Shown piece by piece: positions 52,195 to 64,000 of a stretch of DNA of 64,000 bases. A model generated the notes under the pieces. It did no database searches and was not told the origin of the DNA. It saw only the letters and a program-made list of their open reading frames with translations. The translations under genes were made by a program, and so were the position numbers. This DNA is from Octopus sinensis (Eukaryota), in contig NC_043006.1 in assembly GCF_006345805.1 (NCBI RefSeq), positions 85,188,001-85,252,000 of the forward strand, in the 5' to 3' direction. Each line of letters begins with the position of its first letter. Within the stretch, counting starts at the first letter, position 1.

Positions 52195-53260
52195 GTGTAT
52201 ACATATATGTACATGTATGTATGTGTGTGTGCATATTTGCATTTGTATGTACGCATGTCTATGTATGTATATATATATAGATAGATAGAGAGATTGATAT
52301 ACATAGATATAAATGTGTATATATATATATATATATATTCATAAATATAGTGTACATATATATATATATATATATATATTGTATGTATATGTACAACCCA
52401 TGCCAGCATTAAACATGAACATTAAATGAAAAAAATTATCCATCTGCATATTTTACATATATGTGTGCATATGTTAATACAGACGCACATATGCATGTGT
52501 GTGTACATGAGTATATATGTATATATACTCTCATACACACACACACACACACACTCAAACGCACATGTTTATGTTGAAAAAGTAGTTTTTATTTTTAATT
52601 ATGGTTTCTCTTTATTTATTCTGTCAATTTGAAATAGAATCCATTTTGAAGTACTTACAGTCCTTTGTCAATGTATATTTCTTATAACTGGATAAGATTT
52701 CAAGTTGTTTGCCAATTGCCACTATATTTTTCCCCTCTCCTTCTTCCTATCATAACACAGTGGTAACATCAAAGCTAATTGAATAAACTTCCTCCATCTC
52801 ACTATTTCCTAATTTATTACTTAATTTATATTAGTTTCCTGTCGTTAAGGCTGTCGATGTTTTGGGTTTTATATTTTTCCATTTGCTTTTTAGGTTTTTT
52901 TTTTTTTCTTAAGACAAATTACTGCTGTTCAGTTTCATGTGGTCTCATTGCTTTCTTACCTCATTAGTTTTTACCTTATTTGGGCCTCACTCAGGCACTA
53001 AGAAACTACTAAAAATTTCATAGTTATTAATGACTAGGAATTTTGATATTTTTATATTTGTGTAAGAAAAACAAATATGGAATGTGTGTATTCTGTACAC
53101 CATTGTCTTTAATCATTGATTAAAATTTCATACTTCGAAACCTTCTTCAAGTTAACTTAATCTAGAAGGATTGTCTCCCCTATGACAGCTAACCACAAGG
53201 GGAGACCACGTGTGTATATACATATATATGTTTATATATATATATATATGTATGTATGTA

Positions 53261-53311
<51 letters not shown>

Positions 53312-53314
<3 letters not shown>

Positions 53315-53490
53315 AGAGTTTACGAAAAAAACAAAAGACGAAGACAGGTGGTGTACAAAACAAGCAGATGTATTAGTATAATGCTCAGGAATAGAAAAAG
53401 TTTTACATTTCGAGCCTACACTCTTCTACAGAAAGGGACACAGTAAAAACAAGGAGAGAAAAAATGTGTGTAGTGGCTAACGATCTATCA
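53312..53490 (-). mobile_element. Penelope-like terminal fragment with a degenerate hammerhead-like motif, embedded in TA/CA repeats
   Basis: Minus strand 53400-53435 reads ttt-CTGTAGA-A-GAGT-gtag-GCTC-GAAA-TG-TA-aaa; flanked by microsatellites. Confidence 0.4.
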
Positions 53491-53589
53491 CACACACACA
53501 CACACATGTTTTTATGTACATATATATGGATGTACTTTGAAATTTTCAAAATCTTTATACTGTATAGGAAAAAGATATATTAAATGTGT

Positions 53590-53785
53590 ATATTCCATAC
53601 ACTGGAATGGTGGAGGGGACAGGTGGAAGAGGAGATTAGGAGGGTTGGTATGAGAAAGGAGAACACCCAAAACCGGGTGAGTGGTGTGAGGGCGGTTACT
53701 ATGGCATTGAGGTAGATCTGGCCACCCCTGTTAACAGGTACAAAACCCGGATTTAAAACACTGGATGATGATGATGATGATGTCT
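53590..53785 (+). mobile_element. Probable RTE LINE 3' end with (GAT)n tail
   Basis: Purine-rich coding-like end (MRKENTQNRV..), GC-rich 3' segment, then ggatgatgatgatgatg. Confidence 0.45.
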
Positions 53786-55172
53786 TAAATCATTGATTAA
53801 AATTTCAACCTTCCAAGCCTGTCTCAATTTAATCTCAATGGGATTGTCTCTCCTTTGACAGCCAACCACCAGGGGTACACTTATGTAGTAATTTGTGTTT
53901 TATTTCAAGGCATAACAAAAAAATATTTCGGGTGTTAGCTAATTGATTTTGTTAATTATAACATATGTTGGCAGTGCTGATAGACCTCTGTTGCTCAATA
54001 ATAGGGATTCAGGTGGTCTAAGTGGCTGAGCATTCCACAGGCATGTGTACTCTTAATATAATTCTTGAGCAGAACCATCATAACAATACTATGTGTTATA
54101 TCTAAAGCTACGTTTGTCTGTCTCTCCTGCAATTTAACATTTTATTAAGTTTTATTGTTTTGGTTTTTTTTCTCATAATCATATTGGTGTCTCTGTATCT
54201 AACTTTTAAAGCCAATTGAGGAATATAGGATAAAATTTTATTTTGTCAAGAAATTGAGAGAAAAATTTTGTTAGTATATTTCTGTTGAAAATTTCTGTCT
54301 TTATTTCAATTAATTTTGGAAATAATGAAGAATTTAGTAAAATGACTAATGCCATTATGAAGCTGGTGTTTAGAGCAAATTTACATTCAGTTTTGATGGA
54401 GGGTTTTAATTTAGATAATTTACTAAACTGGAAGAAATTTTGTTTTGTTGTCTCGCTCCAGTTCATCAGGAAATAAAACACCTCTCCAAAGGAATTCTCT
54501 GACCTGGAAGGATTTTATTTCTGGTATGAATTTCATTTGGTTATCATTTAACACCTGTCCCAGGTTGCCCCTGATTGAATAGATTTATGATCAAAGACAT
54601 TCTGTTTTCTAATCAGGTATGATCACCCATGTGTCACAAAATGTAATCCAAACTTGTGGTCATTGGAAGCTTGTTACTAAATGACCCAATCTAACTGCAA
54701 ATAGCCATTCTTAGAAAATATTAATGACCAAATCCCATCCTTGCTAATTTTATTCTTCAGAAAATATATTTCAAGATATTCATGGTGTTTCTGCATAAAA
54801 TTTTTAAAGATTCTAAAGAATTGTAATGTTAATGAAATATTGCTTAGAAACATATAGTTTTGAGTTTAAAAAGTTTACTCTAGATTTTGACTTTTCCTTC
54901 ATTTTTTGTAAGTTGAAATTTCTTTTTACTTTTTTGGTTTTCTCTTAATTTTGGTATTAAATTTTATGCATGACAAAATCAGTTTATATATACATATATA
55001 GTTGTGTGTGTTTAAAGATATTTACAAGCACACCTCAGGTAGAATAAGGTAAACAGCTCTTCTCACAGGATTACCTTTTCCTGTCTCAGGTGCACTTGTA
55101 AATGTTGTATACATAGTTTATATTAAAGATTACTAATATAAATTATGACTTTTATTAATCTTGATTTATATT

Positions 55173-55451
55173 CAGTGGCGGACTGGCCAGCTTGCCTGAT
55201 GGCAAGTGGGCCCCTGCACCACTAGAATTCATATATGGGGGCCCATGTTAGTATCTAAGGGGCCCATCTCCTCAAGTTAGAGAATTTTTTATTCACTCCT
55301 GGAAGAACACATTATTTCAGCCTGGCTGTGCTTGTAGACAGTTGAAAAGAATACGTTTGACAAAAAAAAAAATTAAATGATAGCATTGTAGTTCTGGGTG
55401 GGCTTCCTTAGTCTCCTGGCAACCAATATTTTTAGAACCAGTCTGCCACTG
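55173..55451. mobile_element. hAT-type MITE with a perfect 8-bp TSD
   Basis: TTTATATT|CAGTGGCGGACTGG ... CCAGTCTGCCACTG|TTTATATT. Confidence 0.92.
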
Positions 55452-55504
55452 TTTATATTAATTTATAAATCTTAACCATTTATATATATAAAAAAAAAGA
55501 TTTT

Positions 55505-55727
55505 TTGTGGCCATTGCCAGTACTGCTTGACTGGCCCTCGTGCCGATGGCACGTAAAAGCACCCACTACACTCTCGGAGTGTTTGGCGTTAGGAAGGGCA
55601 TCCAGCTGTAGAAACTCTGCCAGATCGAGATTGGAGCCTGGTGCAGCCATCTGGTTCGATAGTCCTCAGTCAAATCATCCAACCCATACTAGCATGGAAA
55701 GCAGATGTTAAGCGATGATGATGATGA

Positions 55728-55730
<3 letters not shown>
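55505..55730 (+). mobile_element. (GAT)n-tailed SINE family, sense copy
   Basis: ggcgttaggaagggcatccagctgtagaaac...gcatggaaagcagatgttaagcgatgatgat. Confidence 0.85.
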
Positions 55731-55762
<32 letters not shown>

Positions 55763-56328
55763 CACACATACATACATACATAAATACCAAGATAAAAATG
55801 ACAAACAACTTTTATATATATATGTGTGTGTGTGTGTAGATATGAATGTATGGGTATGCATTTGGATATACAAACAGAGGAAAAAATACATAATACATAC
55901 AGTAGAGTTTTACATAATCATTCACAGCTAATGTTTGCTCTGTCACTACACCTTTTTTTTTTTTGTACATATGCATTCACTGAATTGACAAGCACACGCA
56001 CATATACTAGAGGATTTTATTACTCAATGGGAAGTTGTGTATTTTGATACGAGAATATGTCAGTTGCTCTCTATACACATCTTTCAAGAGTTGTTTGTCA
56101 TATATATATATATATCAGCTTGGCGTTAGGAAGGGCATCCAGCTGTAGAAACACTGCCAGATCAGACTGGGCCTGGTGCAGCCTTCTGGCTACCCAGACT
56201 CCAGTTGAACTGCCCAACCCATGCTAGCATGGAAAGCGGATGTTAAACGATGATGATATCAGAGTAAGCACATAAATGTGAAACAAGGTGGGGGAAAAAG
56301 AGTACTCAAATATCAGTGGTAGATTAAT

Positions 56329-56491
56329 ATGCTTTATTGAAAAGCAGCAGAAATATCACAAAAACTGTTAGTTTCACGTTCCCGTTCGTCAGACAGTTTT
56401 GTTAGATTCTAACAAAATTGTTCGACGAACGGGAACATGAAACTCTGAGTAACAGTTTTTGTGATATTTCTGCTGCTATTCAATAAAGTAT
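56329..56491. mobile_element. Head-to-head Penelope-like terminal repeat foldback carrying two damaged minimal hammerhead motifs
   Basis: Near-perfect inverted repeat centred on 56406-56408. Minus arm reads aaaactgt-CTGACGA-acgggaacgt-GAAA-c-TA-acagtttt. Plus arm reads aaaattgt-TCGACGA-acgggaacat-GAAA-ctctgag-TA-acagtttt. It ends in (TA)n. Confidence 0.6.
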
Positions 56492-56808
56492 ATATATATA
56501 TATATATATATATAGGTATGTTGGTGCAAACAGGGAAATAGAACTCAAAATATAAGTATATGTATAATTTTATTAATATTTAGCAGAAGTAACAGAGTTT
56601 TTTGTTACTATATATATTTATTTTGGCTGAACCAGTCTTTTGCTTCTCTGGAGTTTTAACTCATGACTCATAACTTGCCTGTAGGCCCTGTGAATGCAGA
56701 AGAAAGATTCCTCACTAGAAATTGACTCAGCCAAACTAAAAATCTTATTTGATCTCTGCCATAGTATTGAGTACTCTTTCTTCTAACACTAAGCATACAC
56801 ACATATCA

Positions 56809-57050
56809 TCATCATCATCATTTAACATCCATTTTCTGTGCTAGCACGGGTTGGACAGTTCAACCGGGGTCTGGGAAGCCAGGAGGCTGCACCAGGCTCC
56901 AGTCTGATCTGGCAGTGTTTCTACAGCTGGATGCCCTTCCTAACGCCAACCACTCCGTGAGTGTAGTGGGGGGCTTTTTACGTGCCACCGGCACAGGTGC
57001 CAGGGGAGGCTGGCAGTGGCCACGATCAGTTGATGCTCTTTACATGCCAC
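56809..57050 (-). mobile_element. (GAT)n-tailed SINE family, antisense copy
   Basis: Reverse complement of the 56117-56257 and 55505-55730 copies. Confidence 0.85.
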
Positions 57051-57191
57051 TGTAATGTTTATATATATATATGTATATACACACACACACTAGCATAGCT
57101 AGAGGCAGCAGTCTGACCCAGGCACTACTTTTGTTGGCGGCCTGGGGGCAGTAAACAAAGGGCTTCCCTGGGAAGCATACACTCCAGCTAG

Positions 57192-57226
<35 letters not shown>

Positions 57227-60200
57227 TTGCTAAAGGCTGGTTAGAAAACTTAGGTGCTTATTGCTTCTAAAATCATTGAGAGGAGGTTCAAGATTATATT
57301 TTTTTTTTTTCCTCTTTTATTTTCTAAAAACTAGTCTATTTTTAAATTTACAGGCACTAGTTTATCAGGAATTGTATCAATAATGATGTTCTCACAGGAA
57401 AGAAACTATGATTTCAGAAAGATAGTTTTGGATCTCACATACTAATACTAATACATAGTCATATTTACTGATTCCTTTCTTGTTCAAAGTTAACGATCCC
57501 GTTGTATTTAAAGAATATGAAATATCTCTCTTCTTCACTCTCTCTTATATATTTTTTTTGTCTTTTAGTCTTTGTAATCGTGTTGAAAAAGTAGTTGCAA
57601 TGTATGTAGTTTGTTCTGTTATCAGCAGTTTAGCATTATAAAGTTTAGTTTAGTTTTTGTTTTATTTTGATTTTTGCTTTGTTTTTTTCATTCAGCTCCT
57701 TCAGAGTAACAGAAAGAACATCTATCACTTCTCACTGATCAAAAGCTGAAAAGATTTTGAAAATTCTAGTCTTAAAATTACTTAGCCACTAATTTTCTTT
57801 TCCCTAAAAGTACATAAGAATTTATGAATTTATTTGATATTTCTTGTAATGTAACCTTGACTATAAACATACTTTTAATTAAGGGATACATTTTTGTCTA
57901 TTAATCAAACATTTCTATTATGTTATTTTTTTTATAAGTCCTTTTTTTTTCCAGTTAATTAATTACAGCTAATTGATATTTATTTGTAAATTAGCTACCA
58001 ATGAGTGTGCAGCCACTGGAATTTTTTAAAGTTTATATTTTATTTTATTTTATTTTCATAATATGGTTATGTGATTTATAGCTTAGATAGATATCTTGTA
58101 CTATTCTCTTGGCCAGCATATTATATGCTTATCTCCAGCCTTTCTGGCCAATCATAATGGCAGAAAGTGAACTGTAGCTAAAGAATTCAATTGCTAAAAG
58201 GTAATGATCTTTTCAAAGTTAAACTTTTAGTAGATCCACCCACACATTGAAACAAACAAAAGAAATAATAATAATAATTGAGGTAAAATATGATGGGTTG
58301 GAATGGAATTGTTTCAGTTTACCGTTTGTCTGGTGAGAACATTTATCCTTTGTGATTATGATGGCTTTTTTTAATAATGATATGCTTACTTTAACAGGGA
58401 AAAAAATTGCCATAACAGCGGAACGTCTTTCAAATATTTTCCTGCCAATCTCAAAGAAACAATATTCTCATACGTTTAATTTTTTTTTCTCTCTTTGTTC
58501 TATGAGTCTACAGTTTTTCTCTTCTTATTTTGAATCTTTTTACTTGAAATCACAAGACAAGTTTATTGGTTCTCTCTCTATCCTGAGGTGCTGCATGAAA
58601 AAAAAAATATTTGGCAATACTGTAGAATTTAGATTTGTAGCATTTCTTACAGTAGTAGTAGCATAATATAGAGTAGTTGTTTCTGAAGATAAATATTTTA
58701 AAAAACAGCATTCCTTGAAAGAAATTGTTTTGCTGTTTCTGTATTTAGTCTTATAAATTTTATGAGGTTGTATATATATATACATACACACAGGGTGGGC
58801 CAAATGTCATGAAAGGAAATTTCAATTTTTTTTTTTTGTAAGTTATGTGATTTTTCACATCTATATACACTTTATAATATATGTGTATATGTATGTATGT
58901 ATATACTAGATGACGTACCCAGTAATTCCCGGGAAAATGGGGCTTATCCCTTGATTCTGTTTTCATAATTGTTTCACTAATCCAATAACAATACAATGTA
59001 GCCCTTAAAACAGATTTTGTGCATTTATGTGTATGTATATATGTGTATATAACATGTATATATGTATATATATAGCTTAGTATGTATGTATATATATGAT
59101 ATCATAGTATTGCAAAATCTCTTTTGACTTTTAGTCCATCTTGTGTGTGTGTATAAATATTAAATATGTACATATATATTTTGTTATCATTCTTGAAAAT
59201 ATATATCTTTAATGTCTGATTTTTATTAATTTATTTAGTTTAAGTTATTAAAGAAACATAAAGTCATTGAACTAATGCAAATGATGGTACCCCATCATCA
59301 TGCCATTCAATTAATTGACAATGACCTCTATCTAGATTGACATGTAATTTATTGGTAATATAGCTATTGTAAGATTTATTCTCACTTATTTTATCTGCTT
59401 TTTGTTTCTCCAGTTTATTGATATTTTTATAGTCCAAGCAATCAGTTGTTTGCCAAAAAGTTTATTTTTCTCTCTTTATAATGTTGGATAGCCCAAAACC
59501 CCTTCTACGCAACCCTCTCTTTCTCCTTTCCATTCTATCCCCATCTTACTTTTCTCAATAACCCCTAACATTATCCTTTCCATTTCTCCCTGTTCCCTAA
59601 CATACTATTCCCCTAGTTAATGACTATTACTCTGTTACTCTCACTGCTATCATCCTTCCCAATTACAAATCTGTCCCTCTCATCTTACTTCACCGACCCA
59701 CCAAAACTAGAAACATCACCCACTCTGTCTTCTTAGTTGGGACCCACATTAGGCCTTGCAAGTTACAAGGTGATCCTCATGAGAAAGGTACCCAGTACAC
59801 TCTGTAAAGTGGTTGGCATTTGTAATGTACATCCACTCATGGGGTAACCACGTATCTCCTGTTCAGCAAGACACCTGTTACTGCCTCTCTATAATACTTT
59901 CATCCCTCAACACCTGACACAAAACCACCTCCCTCAATGCTACACTCCCACTCAGTTGAGTGGAGTCTTGTCTTGCAAGTTAGTTAATGAGCTCACTGGT
60001 CCCAATGCCTCAAAAGAAAAGCTCTTAGTACACTCTGTAAAGTGGTTGGTGTTAGGAATGTGCATCCAGCTCAAGAAACCATTGCTAAAGTTGATATTGG
60101 ACCATGACACGGCCCTATGGTTTATCAGATCCTGTCAACCATCCAACCCAACATGGAAGCTGGATGTTAAATTATGATGATGAGGATGATGATTATGATG

Positions 60201-60798
60201 ATGTTTGTGACAGGCCTTCAGGAGAGCAGTGACAGTTACTCAACACTTTACATTGGTCAAACATTTGCTTAATAAACAACAATCCCTGTACATACTTTCT
60301 CTCTCATACTGTTTGCTCTGCAATGGTTAGTCCTCATTACTTTGTAAGGAGCTTTGAGCTGGTTTCTTAGTTTCTCTGGCATATATATATATTCCTCCCT
60401 AGACAGAATGCTGGTCCATTGCAGGATTATTCATTTTTACCAGCCAAGTGGACTGAAACATGAAATGAAGTGTTTTGCTTAAAAATACAATGCATTGCCC
60501 TGTCCAGGAATCTTATGATCACAAGTCAAATACCCTAGCCACTAAGCCATGCAAGTCCACTTGCTCTACAATGCATTACATTAATTACATGCAAGGGTTA
60601 TCAGAAGTTTTAATTTAACACAAAAATAAATAGATTATCAAAGAACTGTCAACAATTTGTTGATTTAAAAAGATGATGGCATCACTGATTGCTTTCTTGG
60701 ATAAATTAATTTTTTGATAATGATATTACTATTTAATTATTTGATATCTTTTCTAAAGTTTTCCCTTTTTTTCCCCCTTTTTTTCTGTGTCTTCAAAG

Positions 60799-60965
60799 GT
60801 GGTCAACAACCGACCTATGTGAACATGACAGACCTAGCTCATATGGCTGCTGAAAAGCAACGCAAGCAAGAACAGCGCAAAGAACAGCGTGAATCCAAAC
60901 TGATGAGTAAATCCCAAACCCAATCTCCTTGTGAGCAGAAAGATAGTAAAGAGCAGAAGTCACAG
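60799..60965 (+). CDS. MTSS1: MTSS1-like exon (GQQPTYVNMTDLAHMAAEKQRKQEQRKEQRESKLMSKSQTQSPCEQKDSKEQKSQ)
   Basis: Acceptor ttttctgtgtcttcaaAG. Phase-1 start matches the phase-1 end of the 34952-35393 exon. Open frame, donor CAG|GTGCCG. Gene assignment rests on phase and strand continuity. Confidence 0.8.
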
Positions 60966-61436
60966 GTGCCGCTTCTTCTATTTCCAGCCATTGTCACAAT
61001 TTCAAACGTTATCTTATGATTGTAACATTAGTGTTTTTCTCTTCCAGGATACTCCTTTTTTTTTTTAAATCTTTTTCTTTTGAACTACTGTCTTTTTTTT
61101 TTTCTCTCAGTATTTATTGATTACATCCAAAGATCTATTGCTTTGCCGATAATACTTTAGTTATTGTTCTTGCCGTTTCACCAGATATGAAATTTCATGG
61201 TCTTGTTCTTTTAGACTTATAGTTCTGATTCCAGAACTTAGTCATTAGAATTAGAGACAGAAAATTCTTGACTACAATATTTTGTCTCTGATGAAATGTA
61301 AAGCTGTCCAGTTAGTTCGAGTTCTGAATGACCAAATATAAAAATATATATTAACATTTAAAGCCTAAAAAGCTATTGAAAGTTATTTACACTCTACTTA
61401 TTTCTATTCTTCAGTAAATCCCAACATGTATGTATG

Positions 61437-61488
<52 letters not shown>

Positions 61489-61625
61489 TTAATTTTATTT
61501 GTTAGGGAATAAAAATTCCAGCATAACAGGGGTTCAAATTATTCTCAATGAAGAAATATAAATTTTCATTTAGAGATAGTAAAAAATTAAAATATAGTTT
61601 TTAGTATTGAACAATGATAAAGTGA

Positions 61626-61733
61626 TATAAGGGCCTGATGATTGGGGTTACATTTTAAAAAGGGTTCCAGCAAAACACAGAGTGGTTTAGGAACCGGAAA
61701 TGTACCTCATGAAACACGTGTAGCCAAGTTATA
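61626..61733 (+). ncRNA. Type I hammerhead ribozyme-like fold, probably from a Penelope-like element terminus
   Basis: CTGATGA (61635-41), extended stem II (61642-61710), GAAA (61711-14), palindromic stem III ACACGTGT, GUA triplet ending at 61722, stem I ggc/gcc plus tataa/ttata. Confidence 0.7.
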
Positions 61734-61801
61734 AAACAGTATGTATTTAAAATAAAAATTCTTTTTTATGTGGTGAGATGAAGGGGCCTACTATCTCGAA
61801 A

Positions 61802-61837
<36 letters not shown>

Positions 61838-62195
61838 CTCTTTTTGCTAATATTTGTTTTCAAAGTAACTGTTAAAAAATAATAATACTCAAAAAGAAAA
61901 AGGAGAGAAAAAAGTGAAAGAAACCTTTTGAATTCTTCTTAGATGAGATCTTTGCTAGCTTTATTAAGAAGGTAGTCACAGTTTCTACACATCTTCTCCT
62001 TTACTGGACAATACTCTTTGATTGTTTTAAGTTGCAGCTGCATCCATTTCTATCATTTCTTTGAATCTGCAATTTTCATCTGTTTCTCATTTCATGATGG
62101 CTATTTAAGTTTGGCTTTGTTTCGTTTCATTTTTTTTTTCTCTGAGCTATATATTATAGTATTGTGCTTAACAAATAATATGAAAATTATAGAAA

Positions 62196-62278
<83 letters not shown>

Positions 62279-63013
62279 GTAGAACTCAATGCAGAGATGG
62301 GGAGTAATTTTTATTGCTAAAGCAATGTAAGTCAACATATTGTGTGTGAGCTACCATTGATTTCATGATCTTAGTCTTTCTATATAGTGTTATTCAGTAA
62401 TTAATTATCTAATTAGCCTCTTGTAATATTTTCATTACATATATCTAGGAATCCTTATTTTGGGTTAAAACTGGTTTACCAGGTGGCCAGATATTTCTTG
62501 GGGTTTTATCTTTTGGGGGATTTTTTTGTTGTTTTTTTAAACAGTTGTTAATTTCTCATTAATCTAGGTATTGATAGAATATGATTGATTCTAATTATTT
62601 GTCATGTGATTGCCATTGATTATATCCATATCCAAAGGTAAAAATGGTGCTAGGAAGCATTCTGCAAAGTAAATAGACATACTGTAGGTTCCTTGTCTAT
62701 TAATTGCTTCGATAATCTATTAATCAAAGGTTTGCAATTCCTTATTTCATATATTTGAAGCCACCCCACCTCACCACCCACATACCCTGCCATATGATCA
62801 AAATAATGTTGCCCTGTCGATTTTGAAACTTTATAAGTAAATTTTTTTTAAAAAAACAATTTTTTAATGTGAACTATTTGGCTGGTATTAATAATTATTG
62901 TTGTTGTATAAGTTCACCCTCACCATCTCTTTTCTCTTGCTCTCCAGTTGAAGAAGCCATGTATCTCCTTTTCAGCAAGACGCCTATTCCTATCCCTTTA
63001 TCATTCTTTAATC

Positions 63014-63270
63014 CAGTGGTTCTCAACCAGGATCCATATGGCCCTTGGGGATCCAATATAAGAAGATTCTTTGTTAAAATTTATGAGCAATAAACTGCTT
63101 ATATTTTAACAATACACCAAATATTAAATTTTTTTTTAATACAATTCCTAATAATATCTAATAATAAAACTAGAATAGGATTTTTTAAACATTGAATAGC
63201 TATGAGGGTCCACCAGAGTAAAATACCATCCAAAGAGAATTCATAGATGAAAAATGGTTGAGAACCACTA
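63014..63270. mobile_element. hAT (Charlie-like) MITE
   Basis: CAGTGGTTCTCAACC ... GGTTGAGAACCACTA; flanks ctttaatc / ctttaaca (6 of 8 match as TSD). Confidence 0.82.
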
Positions 63271-64000
63271 CTTTAACATCTCAAGTTATTTGAAACTCAG
63301 CCTTAGATCACGGTAACTGAATGCAGTAAAATGTTCCCTTGATGATCCATTGCAGTTAAGCATCCAAAAGCTATAGGAGCATCCAGTGCTGAGTTTAAGC
63401 TAACTGCAATGGTGATACATATGTCAGGACTTGTAATTTATACTTGTGTTCATCTTAATTTTCCACTACATAAGCTCTATATATCATAACTATTAAGTAC
63501 AGTTGTTGACTAACCACCATACTGGAAGCTGATTGGATAATGATAACTTATGTGGAGCTCTAACTTGTACAATAACAGTTGTACCCCTAATTATACAGAA
63601 AAAATACACACATGTTTATATAGTGGTGAGTTGTCTGAGTTGTTGGATCATCAAAAATCAAAGACCAGTTTGGTACTAGGATCAGTGATATCAACTTACC
63701 TACCATCCCTTCAAAATTGATGGCCTTATGCTTAAAATAAAATTGGTTGTTTTAAGGGCTCCAAATTGGTTGAATTGCTAAAGTGTCAAGAAAGAAAAAA
63801 ATGTATTTGTTCATTCTGAGTTCAAATTCCACTGAGGACAACTTTGCTTTTCATCACTCCAAAGTGAATAAAATAAAGTACTAGTATGGCTGGTATTGAT
63901 GTATCTCCTCCTTTTAAAACTTCTGGCCTTTTAACTAAATTACAAATATATGTTGTTGTTGTCAGTATTTAAGGCAGCAAGCTGACAGAATCGTTAGCAC

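Larger units (their letters stand above)
9408..60965 (+). other. MTSS1: Span of visible exons of an MTSS1/MTSS2 (MIM/ABBA)-like gene; the gene extends beyond both window edges
   Basis: Five AG/GT-bounded exons join with matching phases (0-0, 0-0, 0-0, 0-1, 1-0) into one open frame. The peptides resemble recalled MTSS1-family motifs (TPPSSPS..SRKSS.CS; VRL.SVSS.DSGF.SQD; RPHTISSAYEK). Confidence 0.88.

Noticed and set aside
57355-57446. Phase-1 open stretch GTSLSGIVSIMMFSQERNYDFRKIVLDLTY* after a good acceptor
   Set aside because: No phase-1 donor; it could only be an alternative last exon, and no supporting evidence is visible.
58905-58940. ACTAGATGACGTACCC...CCCGGG, resembling a Helitron/Helentron 5' end
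   Set aside because: No matching 3' hairpin or CTRR end was identified.

Overview
AT-rich, repeat-dense eukaryotic DNA. The repeat families (tRNA-derived SINEs with (ATT)n/(GAT)n tails, abundant TA/TG microsatellites) look like an octopus/coleoid cephalopod genome; this is an inference from repeat content, not a database result. The window lies inside one large + strand gene, an MTSS1/MTSS2 (Missing-in-metastasis, I-BAR family) homologue. Phase-compatible exons are at 9408-9557, 15708-15827, 21943-21987, 34952-35393 and 60799-60965; the I-BAR and WH2 exons are not visible here. The introns hold several SINE families, maT/DD37D and Tc1 transposon relics, an RTE LINE relic, and piggyBac, hAT and pogo/Tigger MITEs. 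The most notable unexplained structures are: (1) a near-intact type I hammerhead ribozyme fold on the sense strand at 61626-61733, plus a head-to-head pair and one more degenerate hammerhead motif of Penelope-like type; (2) candidate microexons and cassette exons (16, 3, 39 and 2 nt) and stacked in-frame donors; (3) several long near-perfect foldbacks that could form intronic dsRNA. Nothing was computed beyond manual reading, and most ORFs in the supplied track are microsatellite or repeat noise.
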